Origin: an uncultured Candidatus Saccharibacteria bacterium
Lineage (GTDB): Bacteria > Patescibacteriota > Minisyncoccia > Minisyncoccales > JAGMDC01
Assembly: GCA_964615205.1 (NCBI GenBank)
Contig: CAZTQA010000002.1
Location: forward strand, 125,267-189,266
Reading direction: 5' to 3'
DNA length: 64,000 bases
The first letter of the stretch is position 1, and each line of letters begins with the position of its first letter. The notes under the pieces are model-generated. The model searched no databases and was not told the origin of the DNA. It worked only from the letters and a program-made list of their open reading frames with translations. The position numbers and the translations under genes are program-made. Shown here one piece after another: positions 1 to 10,885 of the stretch.

Positions 1-111
1 GCTTGCAATAACGGGAATCCATATCCAGAAAAAAACAAGCAAAAAAGCTAATCCTCCCAATAGAAATCTTACAAAGAATATCCAAACAGATTTAGGGCTT
101 AAATTTTCCAT
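1..111 (-). CDS. hypothetical membrane protein, N-terminal fragment (gene runs off left edge)
   Basis: Hand translation from ATG at 111: MENLSPKSVWIFFVRFLLGGLAFLLVFFWIWIPVIAS. Hydrophobic, with no stop before the window edge. Confidence 0.3.
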   Translation of the reverse strand, partial: MENLSPKSVWIFFVRFLLGGLAFLLVFFWIWIPVIAS

Positions 112-147
112 AAATTTTTTTATAATTTAATTTCCTCGACCTTTACT

Positions 148-1047
148 TTATTCTGTCTTCATGCCGCGAAGAGCAGCTATGCGCTCTTCTGTTGGCGGAT
201 GAGTCATAAATAATTTGGTGAAAAAACTTCTCTTTTGCTCTCCCCGAAAAGGATTGCTAATAAAAAGATGGGCTGTAGAGTTATTGGCTTTTCTCATCTG
301 ATTAGGGTCAGCAGCAATTTTTTCCAAAGCCCGGGCCAAACCTTCTGGATATCTGGTAAGCAAAGCGCCGCTGGCATCAGCCAAAAATTCTCTCTTCCGA
401 GAAATAGCCAAACGAATTAAACTGGCTGCCAAAGGAGCTAAAATAGCTGCTAAGATACCGAGAACTAAAAGAATAACGCCAGCCGAGCCTTTAGAATCGC
501 GCCGGCCTCCTCCATAAAAACTAATCCTTAAAAACATATTGGAAAGTATAGCTACAACTCCAGCTAAAACCACAATTACTGTCTGCAAAAACATATCTTT
601 ATTCCCAATATGGGAAAGCTCATGAGCAATTACGCCTTCAAGCTCTGCCCTCTCTAGTTTTTCCAAAAGTCCTCTGGTTACTGCCACTACAGCATGATTA
701 GCGTCTCTTCCAGTGGCAAAAGCATTTGGTTGAGATTCCTGAATAATATAGATTTTGGGCAAAGGCAAGCCGGCTGTGATACAGAGATTTTCCACTAAAC
801 GATAAAGTTCTGGATTGTCTCTTTTTTCAATGGGACGGGCATTAGTCATTCGCAGAACTAATTTATCTGAATACCAATAACTTCCAAAGCTCATAGCAAT
901 ACTTAATACCACAGCAATAATCAAAATAATGCTGGTATCCAATAAATAACTAAAAAGCCAGCCAATGGCTATAATAAAAACCAAAAAACCGGTCATTAAC
1001 AGCCAAGTCCTCCGAACGTTTGATTCAGCATGAGAATACAATGTCAT
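148..1047 (-). CDS. htpX: M48-family zinc metalloprotease HtpX
   Basis: 299 aa with N-terminal and central TM helices. HELSH (HExxH) motif and overall HtpX-like layout; sits beside lemA as is common. Confidence 0.9.
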   Translation of the reverse strand: MTLYSHAESNVRRTWLLMTGFLVFIIAIGWLFSYLLDTSIILIIAVVLSIAMSFGSYWYSDKLVLRMTNARPIEKRDNPELYRLVENLCITAGLPLPKIYIIQESQPNAFATGRDANHAVVAVTRGLLEKLERAELEGVIAHELSHIGNKDMFLQTVIVVLAGVVAILSNMFLRISFYGGGRRDSKGSAGVILLVLGILAAILAPLAASLIRLAISRKREFLADASGALLTRYPEGLARALEKIAADPNQMRKANNSTAHLFISNPFRGEQKRSFFTKLFMTHPPTEERIAALRGMKTE

Positions 1048-1060
1048 AAAATTAACCTAA

Positions 1061-1618
1061 TTAGAAATTTACCTTGACCGGCTCACGGGCAGCAGCTTCT
1101 TCAATTTCAAAAAATTCCATTTTAACAAAACCCATAACACCAGCAATCAAATTAGTAGGAAAGCTTTCAATTTTAATATTCAAATCGCGGACATTGGTGT
1201 TATAAAACCTTCTGGATGCCTGGATTTTGTCTTCAGTATCTCGAAGTTCTCTCTGTAACTCCAGAAAATTCTGGGAAGCCTTTAGGTCTGGATAGCTTTC
1301 AGCCACAGCAAAAAGGGATTTCAAGGTATTGGAAAGCATATTTTCCGCTTCTCCCCTTTCCTTGGCTCCCGTGGCTTGCATGGCCTGGGCTCTGGCTTGA
1401 GTCACTTTCTCAAAAAGCTCTCTTTCATGACTGGCATAACCCTTAACTGTTTCTACCAAATTAGGAATAAGATTGTATCTTCTCTTTAATTGGACATCAA
1501 TGTCTGACCAGGCCTCCTTGCTTCTGGCTCTTAGCTTAACCAGACCATTGAAAGTGATAACCAGCCAAGCTGCAATAACTACTGCTGCGAGTATAAGAAT
1601 AATTAAAAGATTAGACAT
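1061..1618 (-). CDS. lemA: LemA family membrane protein
   Basis: 185 aa with a single N-terminal TM. The WSDIDVQLKRRYNLIPNLVETVKGYASHE stretch is typical of LemA. Confidence 0.85.
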   Translation of the reverse strand: MSNLLIILILAAVVIAAWLVITFNGLVKLRARSKEAWSDIDVQLKRRYNLIPNLVETVKGYASHERELFEKVTQARAQAMQATGAKERGEAENMLSNTLKSLFAVAESYPDLKASQNFLELQRELRDTEDKIQASRRFYNTNVRDLNIKIESFPTNLIAGVMGFVKMEFFEIEEAAAREPVKVNF

Positions 1619-1733
1619 CGCTTTAGATTTATGATTTATGATTTATAAATAATTCGACCTTGATGACTTTATTATATTAAAATTTAGCCCTTCTGTCAAA
1701 AAAAAAGGAGGATATAGTGCCTCCATCGAAGAG

Positions 1734-2135
1734 CTAAACGAACATTTGTTGTACTAACTTTTTGTCTATTATCGTGACCTCAATGGTATTGCTGTATAGA
1801 GTCCCTGAAATCCCTACGGGGACATGGACTACTTGTATGTCTGAGGACTGTTTGTCTTTGACTCTGCAAAAACTTCTTTCTTGATATCCGCACACCGGGC
1901 ACACGGCTTTTACTTTGACAACTCCGATTCGCAGGAATGTTAAGTCTTTACCATTGATCCGATTCAGAGGTGTTCCGCAAGCAGGACAAATGCCTGGATT
2001 ACGGGCCTTTCTTTCTTTGAGTCTTTGTAATTTCACTCGCCGTTGAAACTTTCCTTTCTTTCTGACTTCTCTTCTTCTTTCCTGCGCCCTAGGATTTCTT
2101 CTTCTTTTAATCATCTTTGATTTCCATCTTTTCAC
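1734..2135 (-). CDS. small basic zinc-ribbon protein, function unknown
   Basis: 133 aa with a GTG start. About 50 aa of Arg/Lys-rich N-terminus, then CPACG...CPVCG (a four-Cys ribbon). No family recognised. Confidence 0.4.
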   Translation of the reverse strand: MKRWKSKMIKRRRNPRAQERRREVRKKGKFQRRVKLQRLKERKARNPGICPACGTPLNRINGKDLTFLRIGVVKVKAVCPVCGYQERSFCRVKDKQSSDIQVVHVPVGISGTLYSNTIEVTIIDKKLVQQMFV

Positions 2136-2314
2136 TTCCTCCCAGAGAACTATCCTCTTCCACTGCCTCTTGTGCCTTGCCCTCCTCCAAATCTTGTCTT
2201 TCTAGGCCTATGGATTTTCCTTTCTCTTCTTTCCCGTCTATTCTTTACGTCTCCACCCATTTTTTCCAACCGAGTATTATTATAAACAATCCTTAAAATT
2301 AGTCAAACAGAAAA

Positions 2315-2342
2315 CCCCGGTGCTGCGATCGCAGCACCGGGG
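2315..2342 (-). terminator. rho-independent terminator of groESL (28-bp perfect palindrome)
   Basis: ccccggtgctgcga/tcgcagcaccgggg is a perfect palindrome. On the minus strand it is followed by ttttctgttt and lies 38 nt downstream of the groEL stop. Confidence 0.7.
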
Positions 2343-2379
2343 GCATTTTTAACTTTTAATTTTAGATTTTTAATTTATT

Positions 2380-4324
<1,945 letters not shown>

Positions 4325-4332
4325 ATAATCCT

Positions 4333-4360
4333 ATATTACAGAAAAAGAAATCTTTGTCAA
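4333..4360 (-). promoter_or_regulatory. candidate sigma70-type promoter of groESL
   Basis: Minus strand reads TTGACA, 16 nt, TAATAT. The -10 box ends 8 nt before the groES ATG. No CIRCE element seen. Confidence 0.4.
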
Positions 4361-4381
4361 TATTGTTGATAAAAAGATTTT

Positions 4382-4885
4382 GTGTTATATTTATATAATA
4401 TGGAAGAAAATAATCAAAACCCAGAATTAAATCAAACACGCTGTCAGAGAATTAAAGATTCTTCCTGGTTCATTCTGGCTGTGGCTTTTCTGGTAGTCAT
4501 AATCGGCATTGTGGTTTTAAGCTGGCAGTATCATAAAATTGCAGAAAAAGAAATTCCTTCTCTCAAAGAAACTATAGAAGAGAATAACGCCCAGAATGTT
4601 TTAGAAAAATTTATGCAATATCGTATTGAAGGAAATGAAAATCAGGCCTTGATTTATCTTACAGAAAATGCGGTTGCTCAAAGGGAACAAGGAAAATTCC
4701 AGCTTATTAACCAATTCGAAAGCTTTGAAATCATTAACTCGCAGAAAACAGACGAAAATAGTTATCGTTTTGCTGTTAGAATTAAAGGAGAAAAGAACAA
4801 CTACGAAGTTATTGAAAGTATTAAGATTATAAAGTTTTTGGAGTTAAATAAATATTACATAGATTCTGTGGAATTAGCAGGATAA
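4382..4885 (+). CDS. hypothetical membrane-anchored protein
   Basis: 167 aa with a single TM (FILAVAFLVVIIGIVVLSW). The start may be the internal ATG at 4400 (MEENNQ). Confidence 0.45.
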   Translation: MLYLYNMEENNQNPELNQTRCQRIKDSSWFILAVAFLVVIIGIVVLSWQYHKIAEKEIPSLKETIEENNAQNVLEKFMQYRIEGNENQALIYLTENAVAQREQGKFQLINQFESFEIINSQKTDENSYRFAVRIKGEKNNYEVIESIKIIKFLELNKYYIDSVELAG

Positions 4886-4886
4886 A

Positions 4887-6251
4887 ATGTTTCTTTCTCT
4901 TTTTAAAAAACTTTTTTGCTTTTTTGTTTTATCAGCCCTTATAACCGGGTTTTTTCTTTTTGTCATAAGTAATCCCAAAGAAATCAATAAGATTTTTTCT
5001 TCTGCTTCCTTGGCAGAAATTTCTAAAGAAGACAATCAAAAACCTGAAGAAAAAATTAAATACTTAATAGACTTTTATAGTTTAACTGAGCAGGAATTTA
5101 TTTCTCAAGAAAAAGATTTTATAGAAATAAATCTTTCAGAAGAAAAAGCCCAAGTTTATAAACAAGGAATAATGGAAAAAGAGATTGACATTCTGACTCA
5201 AGGAAATCCTCAAGAATGGGGAGGAACACCGGTCGGTCTCTATGAGGTTTTGTCTGGAAATAAAATAGGTTTTTCCAACATCAGTCAGGTGTATATGCCT
5301 TGGGCTCTCCATTTTTATGGAAAATACTATATCCACGGAGAACCCTATTATTCCAATGGAACTAAAATGGAATCAGATTACTCTGGAGGTTGCATTAGAT
5401 TTACTGATAAAGATGCTGAATATATTTTTAAAGCCACTGAAATCGGAATACCTATGTTAATTATTGACAAACAATCCCTTTCTTCAGAAATTGTGGGAGG
5501 CCCGGCCTCCCACAATTTAGAGGTTTCGGCAGAATCTTTTTTGGTAGCTGATTTAGACAATTATCAAGTTTTGGCAGAAAAAAACTCAAGCCAGGTTCTT
5601 CCTATTGCTTCTTTAAGCAAGCTTATGACAGCTATAATAGCCATAGAACATAATAATTTAAAGAATTCAATCTGGACCACAGAAGATATGCTTACTGCCC
5701 TTGGCTCTACTCCTGGCTTAGAAGCAAACAAAAAATATAACTTAGTAGAACTGCTTCACCCTCTTTTAACCCAATCTTCAAACGATGCAGCTGAAATATT
5801 AACCAGGTTCTTGGGTAGAGAGAAAACTATTAATTTAATGAATGAAAAAACAAAAACTATTGGTATGAAAAACACTTTTTTTGAAGACCCCAGCGGTCTA
5901 AGTCCTAATAATGTTTCCACAACTGAAGATTTATTCTATTTAACTCGATATATTTTTAATGTTCGTCCTCCTATCTTAGAAATAACTAAGGGCGAAATAA
6001 TTGAAGATTTTGGCACAGTTCATTTTGAAGATCTACATAACAAAAATATTTTTCCAGAAAGCCAAGATTTTTTGGGCGGTAAAACCGGATTTATTGTTGA
6101 GTCCAAGAATACAGGCATATTCATATTCAAAATGCCTTTATCAGACAACACTTCTCGTAATATAGTTATTATTCTTCTGAAATCAAAGTCTCCTAAAACC
6201 GACGTAGAAAAAATAATTACCTGGTGGTTTGAAAATATTTTTTTACAATGA
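4887..6251 (+). CDS. fusion of L,D-transpeptidase (YkuD) domain and serine D-Ala-D-Ala carboxypeptidase (PBP5/S11-like) domain
   Basis: YIHGEPYY...SGGCIRF matches the YkuD H...GC[IV]R catalytic signature. Downstream SLSKLMT (SxxK) and SSND (SxN-like) motifs fit a DD-carboxypeptidase. N-terminal TM present. Confidence 0.7.
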   Translation: MFLSLFKKLFCFFVLSALITGFFLFVISNPKEINKIFSSASLAEISKEDNQKPEEKIKYLIDFYSLTEQEFISQEKDFIEINLSEEKAQVYKQGIMEKEIDILTQGNPQEWGGTPVGLYEVLSGNKIGFSNISQVYMPWALHFYGKYYIHGEPYYSNGTKMESDYSGGCIRFTDKDAEYIFKATEIGIPMLIIDKQSLSSEIVGGPASHNLEVSAESFLVADLDNYQVLAEKNSSQVLPIASLSKLMTAIIAIEHNNLKNSIWTTEDMLTALGSTPGLEANKKYNLVELLHPLLTQSSNDAAEILTRFLGREKTINLMNEKTKTIGMKNTFFEDPSGLSPNNVSTTEDLFYLTRYIFNVRPPILEITKGEIIEDFGTVHFEDLHNKNIFPESQDFLGGKTGFIVESKNTGIFIFKMPLSDNTSRNIVIILLKSKSPKTDVEKIITWWFENIFLQ

Positions 6252-6305
6252 TAAAATAAACTATACACTAAATAAAAGGCCGAAGACTCAAATACAAATA
6301 ATATT

Positions 6306-6419
6306 ATGTCTCAATTATTAAATAAAAAAGTTTCTACCACTCAAGGATCTATAATTATTTTGTTAGCAGCTGTTATTGCTGGTGGTGTTTTGCTTTATCA
6401 GTACTACTCATTGGTCTAA
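6306..6419 (+). CDS. small (37 aa) single-TM protein
   Basis: Hand-translated MSQLLNKKVSTTQGSIIILLAAVIAGGVLLYQYYSLV. It fills the gap before the next gene and is below the ORF-track size cutoff. Confidence 0.3.
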   Translation: MSQLLNKKVSTTQGSIIILLAAVIAGGVLLYQYYSLV

Positions 6420-6421
6420 TA

Positions 6422-7402
6422 ATGAAAAAGCTCAAGATATCTCTTATTCTTCTGGTTTTTGCCGTTTTTTGTGGCTTGTTTTATTTTCTTGTATTTCCGC
6501 CTAAAATAATAAATACTTCTATAAATTCTGAAATAGTTATAGATTTTGATAAGCCAGTAAAAAGACAAATGCTGGAGCATATAATTACGCTCGAAGTCCA
6601 CGGCGAATGGCGATATGAAAATCCTTTAGTAGAAAATCATCTTTACAGAACCTTAAGGTTTGTTCCAGCTATAGGCTTTCAATCAGATACTCAATACGAA
6701 ATAGAATTAAAAAATATTATCAACCCTATTGGAATAGGAATAAGCAATTATTCCTTTTTTAGTTTTAAAACTGAAAAGAACCCCGAAGAAAACAATCCTG
6801 AACCTAAACAATCTGAACCTAATATAACTTTAATTGATATACCTATTGATTGGCAGGACTATCCCCTTTCCTGCGAGGCAGCCTCTTTGAAAATGGCTCT
6901 GGCAAGCAAAAAAGTTTTTGTTTCTGAAGACCAAATTATGAAAAAGATTGGATATGATTTAACTCCGCGCAAAAATAATGTTTGGGGCGATCCTTATAAA
7001 AGTTATGTTGGAGATATCAGCGGCAAAATCTGCTCTACTGGTTTCGGCGTTTTTTGGGAGCCAGTAGCCCAGGCTGCTGGTTGTTGGAGACCATCTCAAG
7101 CTTTCACTAACTGGACAATTGAAGAATTAATATCTGAATTAAATCAAGGGAATTCTGCAGTTGTCTGGGGAACATTGCCCGTTGCTTCTTTAACTGATTG
7201 CTCCTGGCATACTCCGGAAGGAAAATATATCAAGGCATATAAGCAGACGCATGTCAGGTTGGCAGTAGGGTTTATCGGCTCAGTTGAAAATCCTTCCAAA
7301 ATCATTTTAAATGATCCTTTATCAGGAAAATTATACTGGTCTACAGATTATTTTATATCTAACTGGCAATCCTTTAACTCCAGCGCTGTAGTGGTAAGAT
7401 AG
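6422..7402 (+). CDS. secreted C39-like cysteine peptidase domain protein
   Basis: 326 aa with an N-terminal TM/signal. WQDYPLSCEAASLKMAL resembles the Peptidase_C39_2 catalytic Cys region. An N-terminal beta-rich domain precedes it. Confidence 0.55.
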   Translation: MKKLKISLILLVFAVFCGLFYFLVFPPKIINTSINSEIVIDFDKPVKRQMLEHIITLEVHGEWRYENPLVENHLYRTLRFVPAIGFQSDTQYEIELKNIINPIGIGISNYSFFSFKTEKNPEENNPEPKQSEPNITLIDIPIDWQDYPLSCEAASLKMALASKKVFVSEDQIMKKIGYDLTPRKNNVWGDPYKSYVGDISGKICSTGFGVFWEPVAQAAGCWRPSQAFTNWTIEELISELNQGNSAVVWGTLPVASLTDCSWHTPEGKYIKAYKQTHVRLAVGFIGSVENPSKIILNDPLSGKLYWSTDYFISNWQSFNSSAVVVR

Positions 7403-7511
7403 TTCTCTAAACCTTGACAAATATAACATAACCTGCCCTGATATGGGCAGGCTTGAGGAGAAAGAGCCAAAAAAAAGAAAGGTAAAGAAAGATTGGGAGG
7501 TGATATGAAAA

Positions 7512-8090
7512 ATGAAAATGAAAACAGGAATATCAATTGCATTAATAATCGGCTTATGTCTCGTATGCGTAGCAGCTGCCTATGTGTTTGAGTCCCGTTC
7601 CATAGTTACCTTCTCGGGTACGGTGAGAAGTGCGGATATTGTCGTAAGCGATCCCCTGAATCTGGACATAGGAGACTTAGGTCCTGGTGAAGAATTCGTA
7701 ATTATTGAGCCGGGATCAATAGATCTCTACACAAACATCAACGGTCTTTGCGTACGAGTATACGCTGAAAATTACAACTACGAAGTACTGCAAAGCTTGC
7801 AGATATCCGCTGAAGTGTTAAATCTGGACGATGGCTTAATCATAGCGACCTTCAACGACAAGGACGTAAGCTCATTGTACTATGAGTTGAATTTAAAGAA
7901 CCTGCCGAACAACGTTTGCTTTCACTTCACTAGGATCGAAGGACAAGCAGCCTATTCCAAGGGAGATAAAACCCTTGGCAATCTTCAGATTAAGCTTTAC
8001 CCTTATCCGAATGAGTGGGATACTAGTGAAGGCAAAGGAATGGGATTAACAACCTCGAACGAGACAACCAGCGACGGGGCAAAGGGTTAA
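7512..8090 (+). CDS. secreted hypothetical protein (weak TasA/camelysin-type signal-region resemblance)
   Basis: 192 aa with a signal/TM, then AAAYVFESRS...TFSGTV. Preceded by a strong GGGAGGTGAT Shine-Dalgarno, unlike most genes here. Confidence 0.5.
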   Translation: MKMKTGISIALIIGLCLVCVAAAYVFESRSIVTFSGTVRSADIVVSDPLNLDIGDLGPGEEFVIIEPGSIDLYTNINGLCVRVYAENYNYEVLQSLQISAEVLNLDDGLIIATFNDKDVSSLYYELNLKNLPNNVCFHFTRIEGQAAYSKGDKTLGNLQIKLYPYPNEWDTSEGKGMGLTTSNETTSDGAKG

Positions 8091-8205
8091 ACCCTGAACG
8101 TCCGCCACCGAGTGTGAAAAATTTTTTCCTTTCTTTTTTCTTTTTTTAAGTTTATAACTCGTTCACAGAACATTTGTAAATTTAAACAAAGAAAAACCTA
8201 AAAAT

Positions 8206-8233
8206 AAGTAATCTCACGATCGTGAGATTACTT
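8206..8233. repeat. 28-bp perfect palindrome, family B copy 1 (intergenic)
   Basis: aagtaatctcacga/tcgtgagattactt. Matches 26/28 to the copy at 39327..39354 inside tsaD, and the two differences are compensatory. Confidence 0.8.
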
Positions 8234-8242
8234 GTGGGATTT

Positions 8243-8266
8243 ACCCCGTACAATCCTATACGGGGT
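8243..8266 (+). terminator. hairpin followed by T-tract
   Basis: accccgta-caatccta-tacggggt (8-bp stem), followed by ttacttctttttt. Confidence 0.45.
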
Positions 8267-8301
8267 TTACTTCTTTTTTAATTTCTGCTACTATTAAAGC
8301 A

Positions 8302-8673
8302 GTGTTAAGAGAACTCATTCTTAAAATCATTGCCGGAATTGCCGGAATTTGGTTAGCGTCTGAATTTGTTTCCGGCGTGATGATAATAGATTCCTGGCAG
8401 ATATTTGTCTGGGCAGGTTTAATTTTAGGCCTGATTAATTATTTCATTAAACCTATCCTTAATTTCATCGCTCTGCCCTTGCGAATATTGACTTTAGGAT
8501 TATTTAGTTTAGTTATTAATATGGGAATTATCTGGGTAGTAGATTATTTTTTTGACAGCATCACTATTCAGGAATTAGCTTCCTTATTCTGGACTACCCT
8601 TATTGTCTGGTTGATGAATATAATTCTGCCTAAATTTTTTCCTAAAAAAAGAAAACTATTGGAAAATGCCTGA
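8302..8673 (+). CDS. DUF360 / 4-TMS holin-superfamily-IV-like membrane protein
   Basis: 123 aa with four TM segments. IKPILNFIALPLRILTLGLFSLVIN is typical of this family. GTG start. Confidence 0.7.
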   Translation: MLRELILKIIAGIAGIWLASEFVSGVMIIDSWQIFVWAGLILGLINYFIKPILNFIALPLRILTLGLFSLVINMGIIWVVDYFFDSITIQELASLFWTTLIVWLMNIILPKFFPKKRKLLENA

Positions 8674-8887
8674 TTATATAACATTTATACAAATAGCTAT
8701 AGCTACTTCTATTATTGTTTTAATTCTTGTTCAGCAGAGAGGAACTGCTTTAGGTTCTGCTTTCGGTGGTGAAGGAGGAGGAGGATTTTATGCTACCCGA
8801 AGAGGAATCCAAAAGAAAATATTCTGGGCCACTATTGTTTTAGGAGTGGCTTTTATTGGGCTATCTTTAATAACCCTTGTTATCTAA
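8666..8887 (+). CDS. secG: preprotein translocase subunit SecG
   Basis: 73 aa with two TMs flanking a Gly-rich loop (GSAFGGEGGGGFYATRRG). Confidence 0.85.
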   Translation: MPDYITFIQIAIATSIIVLILVQQRGTALGSAFGGEGGGGFYATRRGIQKKIFWATIVLGVAFIGLSLITLVI

Positions 8888-8889
8888 CA

Positions 8890-10881
8890 ATGTCTCTAAA
8901 AGAAAAATTGCCTTCCTTTAATCAATGGAAGCGATTATTTAAAATTTTAAATAAGAAGGAAAAGATATATTTTTCTCTTTTCTTTATTTTATTTTTATTC
9001 TCCTTTCTTTTTCTTTCTTTCAATTTTTATTTCAATAATACTCAAATTGTTCCCAAACAAGGCGGAATCTACACCGAGGGCTTGATAGGCCAGCCCAGAT
9101 TTATAAATCCTGTTTATGCCACTTCTAACGATGTTGACAGAGATCTCACAGAAATACTTTTTTCTGGATTAATGAAGTACGACAGCAATGGAAATTTAGT
9201 CCTGGATTTGGCTAAAGGATATAATCCAGAAAACGAAGGAAGAGGTTATACTTTTTATCTAAAAGAGAATGTCTTTTGGTCGGACAATGAAAAACTTACT
9301 GCTGATGACATAATTTTTACCATTGAAACCATACAGAATCCGGATTATAAAAGTGAACTGCGTACAAATTGGTTAGGAGTAGATACTGAAAAAATCTCTG
9401 AATATGCAGTCAAATTCATATTAGACAAACCCTACAGCGGTTTTTTAGAAAGACTGACTTTAAAGATTCTGCCCGCTCATATCTGGAAGGAAGTTTCTGC
9501 GGATAATTTTTCCAAAAGCTATTACAATCTCCAGCCTGTAACTTGCGGACCCTACAAAATAGATAAGGTAGACCAAGATAAAAAAACAGGTTTAATTAAT
9601 TCTTTAACTTTAGAAAGGGACGAAAACTATTTCAACCAAAAACCATATATTTCAAAAATAATTTTCTACTTTTTTGAAACCGAAGAAGATCTCGTTGAGG
9701 CTACCCAGCAAGGCAGAATTAAGGGCCTTTCCCTAAATAATTTTCAAAGTCAAGAAATACCTTCTTTCTTAAAAGAATACGCCCTGACTCTTCCAAGATA
9801 TTTTGCTATCTTTTTTAATCCCGAAGAGTCAGATATTCTTGAAAAGAAGGAAATCAGGCAAGCCTTGAATTACGGAACCAATAAACAAGAATTGATTGAT
9901 AAAGTATTGGCTGACAAAGCTACTATTGTTGATTCACCCATTCTGCCTGAGATATTTAATTTCCAGGCGCCGGAAACCGTATATGAATATGATGCGGAAA
10001 AAGCCAAGAAAATTTTGGAAGATCAAGGATTTAAAGAAACCGAAAACGGTTATAGAGAAAAAGAGATCAAAAAAGAATTGGCATTTTCTTTTAAAAGTGA
10101 GTTAAGCTACGGTTCTGAAAACAAAGAGGTGGAAGAGCTTCAGAGATGCTTAGTCAACAGCGAGATCGTGGGAGAAGATATTTATCCAGAAAAAGAAATC
10201 ACTGGCTATTTTGGAAACAAAACTAAAGAAGCTGTAATTAGATTTCAGGAAAAATATAGAGAGGAAATACTTGATCCCGGAGGTTACACAAAAGGAACTG
10301 GAACTGTAGGACAATCCACCAGAAAAAAACTTAATCAAATCTGTTTTGACAATACTCAGGAAACACTTCCATTGAAATTTTCTTTAGTAACTGTCGATGA
10401 CCCAGTTTTAAAAGAAATAGCTGATTTAATTAAAGAACAGTGGCAAAAAATAGGAGTGGAGCTTGAAATCAATGTTTTTTCTGTTTCTGATCTCCAGTAT
10501 GACTGCATTAAACCCAGAAATTACGAGTCCCTTCTTTTTGGAGAAGTATTGGGAATAATTCCTGACCCTTATCCTTTCTGGCATTCTTTGCAAAAAGTAG
10601 ATCCCGGACTTAATTTAGCTATCTACGAAAACAAAAAAACAGACAAGCTTTTAGAAGGTGCCCGACAGCTTCAGGACATGGAAACTATTCAAGAAAAACT
10701 GGAAGAATTCCAAAACCTATTAATTGCTGACGCTCCCTGCGTTTTTCTGTACAGTCCAAACTATACTCATCTTGTTTCCAAGGAAATCCGGGGAATCAAT
10801 CCGGGATTGATAGCTGATCCCTCAAAAAGATTCAGCCAAATAGAAGATTGGTATATCAAAACCAAAAGAACTTTTAAGTAA
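8890..10881 (+). CDS. family-5 (peptide/nickel type) solute-binding protein with an inserted peptidoglycan-binding domain
   Basis: 663 aa with an N-terminal TM and SBP_bac_5-like sequence throughout. The internal EVEELQRCL...GYFGNKTKEAVIRFQEKY...GTVGQSTRKKLNQ resembles PG_binding_1. Confidence 0.65.
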   Translation: MSLKEKLPSFNQWKRLFKILNKKEKIYFSLFFILFLFSFLFLSFNFYFNNTQIVPKQGGIYTEGLIGQPRFINPVYATSNDVDRDLTEILFSGLMKYDSNGNLVLDLAKGYNPENEGRGYTFYLKENVFWSDNEKLTADDIIFTIETIQNPDYKSELRTNWLGVDTEKISEYAVKFILDKPYSGFLERLTLKILPAHIWKEVSADNFSKSYYNLQPVTCGPYKIDKVDQDKKTGLINSLTLERDENYFNQKPYISKIIFYFFETEEDLVEATQQGRIKGLSLNNFQSQEIPSFLKEYALTLPRYFAIFFNPEESDILEKKEIRQALNYGTNKQELIDKVLADKATIVDSPILPEIFNFQAPETVYEYDAEKAKKILEDQGFKETENGYREKEIKKELAFSFKSELSYGSENKEVEELQRCLVNSEIVGEDIYPEKEITGYFGNKTKEAVIRFQEKYREEILDPGGYTKGTGTVGQSTRKKLNQICFDNTQETLPLKFSLVTVDDPVLKEIADLIKEQWQKIGVELEINVFSVSDLQYDCIKPRNYESLLFGEVLGIIPDPYPFWHSLQKVDPGLNLAIYENKKTDKLLEGARQLQDMETIQEKLEEFQNLLIADAPCVFLYSPNYTHLVSKEIRGINPGLIADPSKRFSQIEDWYIKTKRTFK

Positions 10882-10885
10882 AGAA

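Noticed and set aside
2321-2336. HIP1-like octamer GCGATCGC in the groEL terminator
   Set aside because: I saw only this single occurrence. HIP1 is a cyanobacterial high-copy feature, so here it is just the centre of a palindrome.
4325-4381. CIRCE (HrcA) operator upstream of groES
   Set aside because: No TTAGCACTC-N9-GAGTGCTAA-like inverted repeat is present. Only a short caatattg palindrome is seen.
7512-8090. Compositional (G+C) argument for horizontal transfer of this and other accessory genes
   Set aside because: Hand counts show that core genes such as rpoB and recA also reach 45-50 percent G+C locally. By-eye composition therefore cannot discriminate without a proper calculation.
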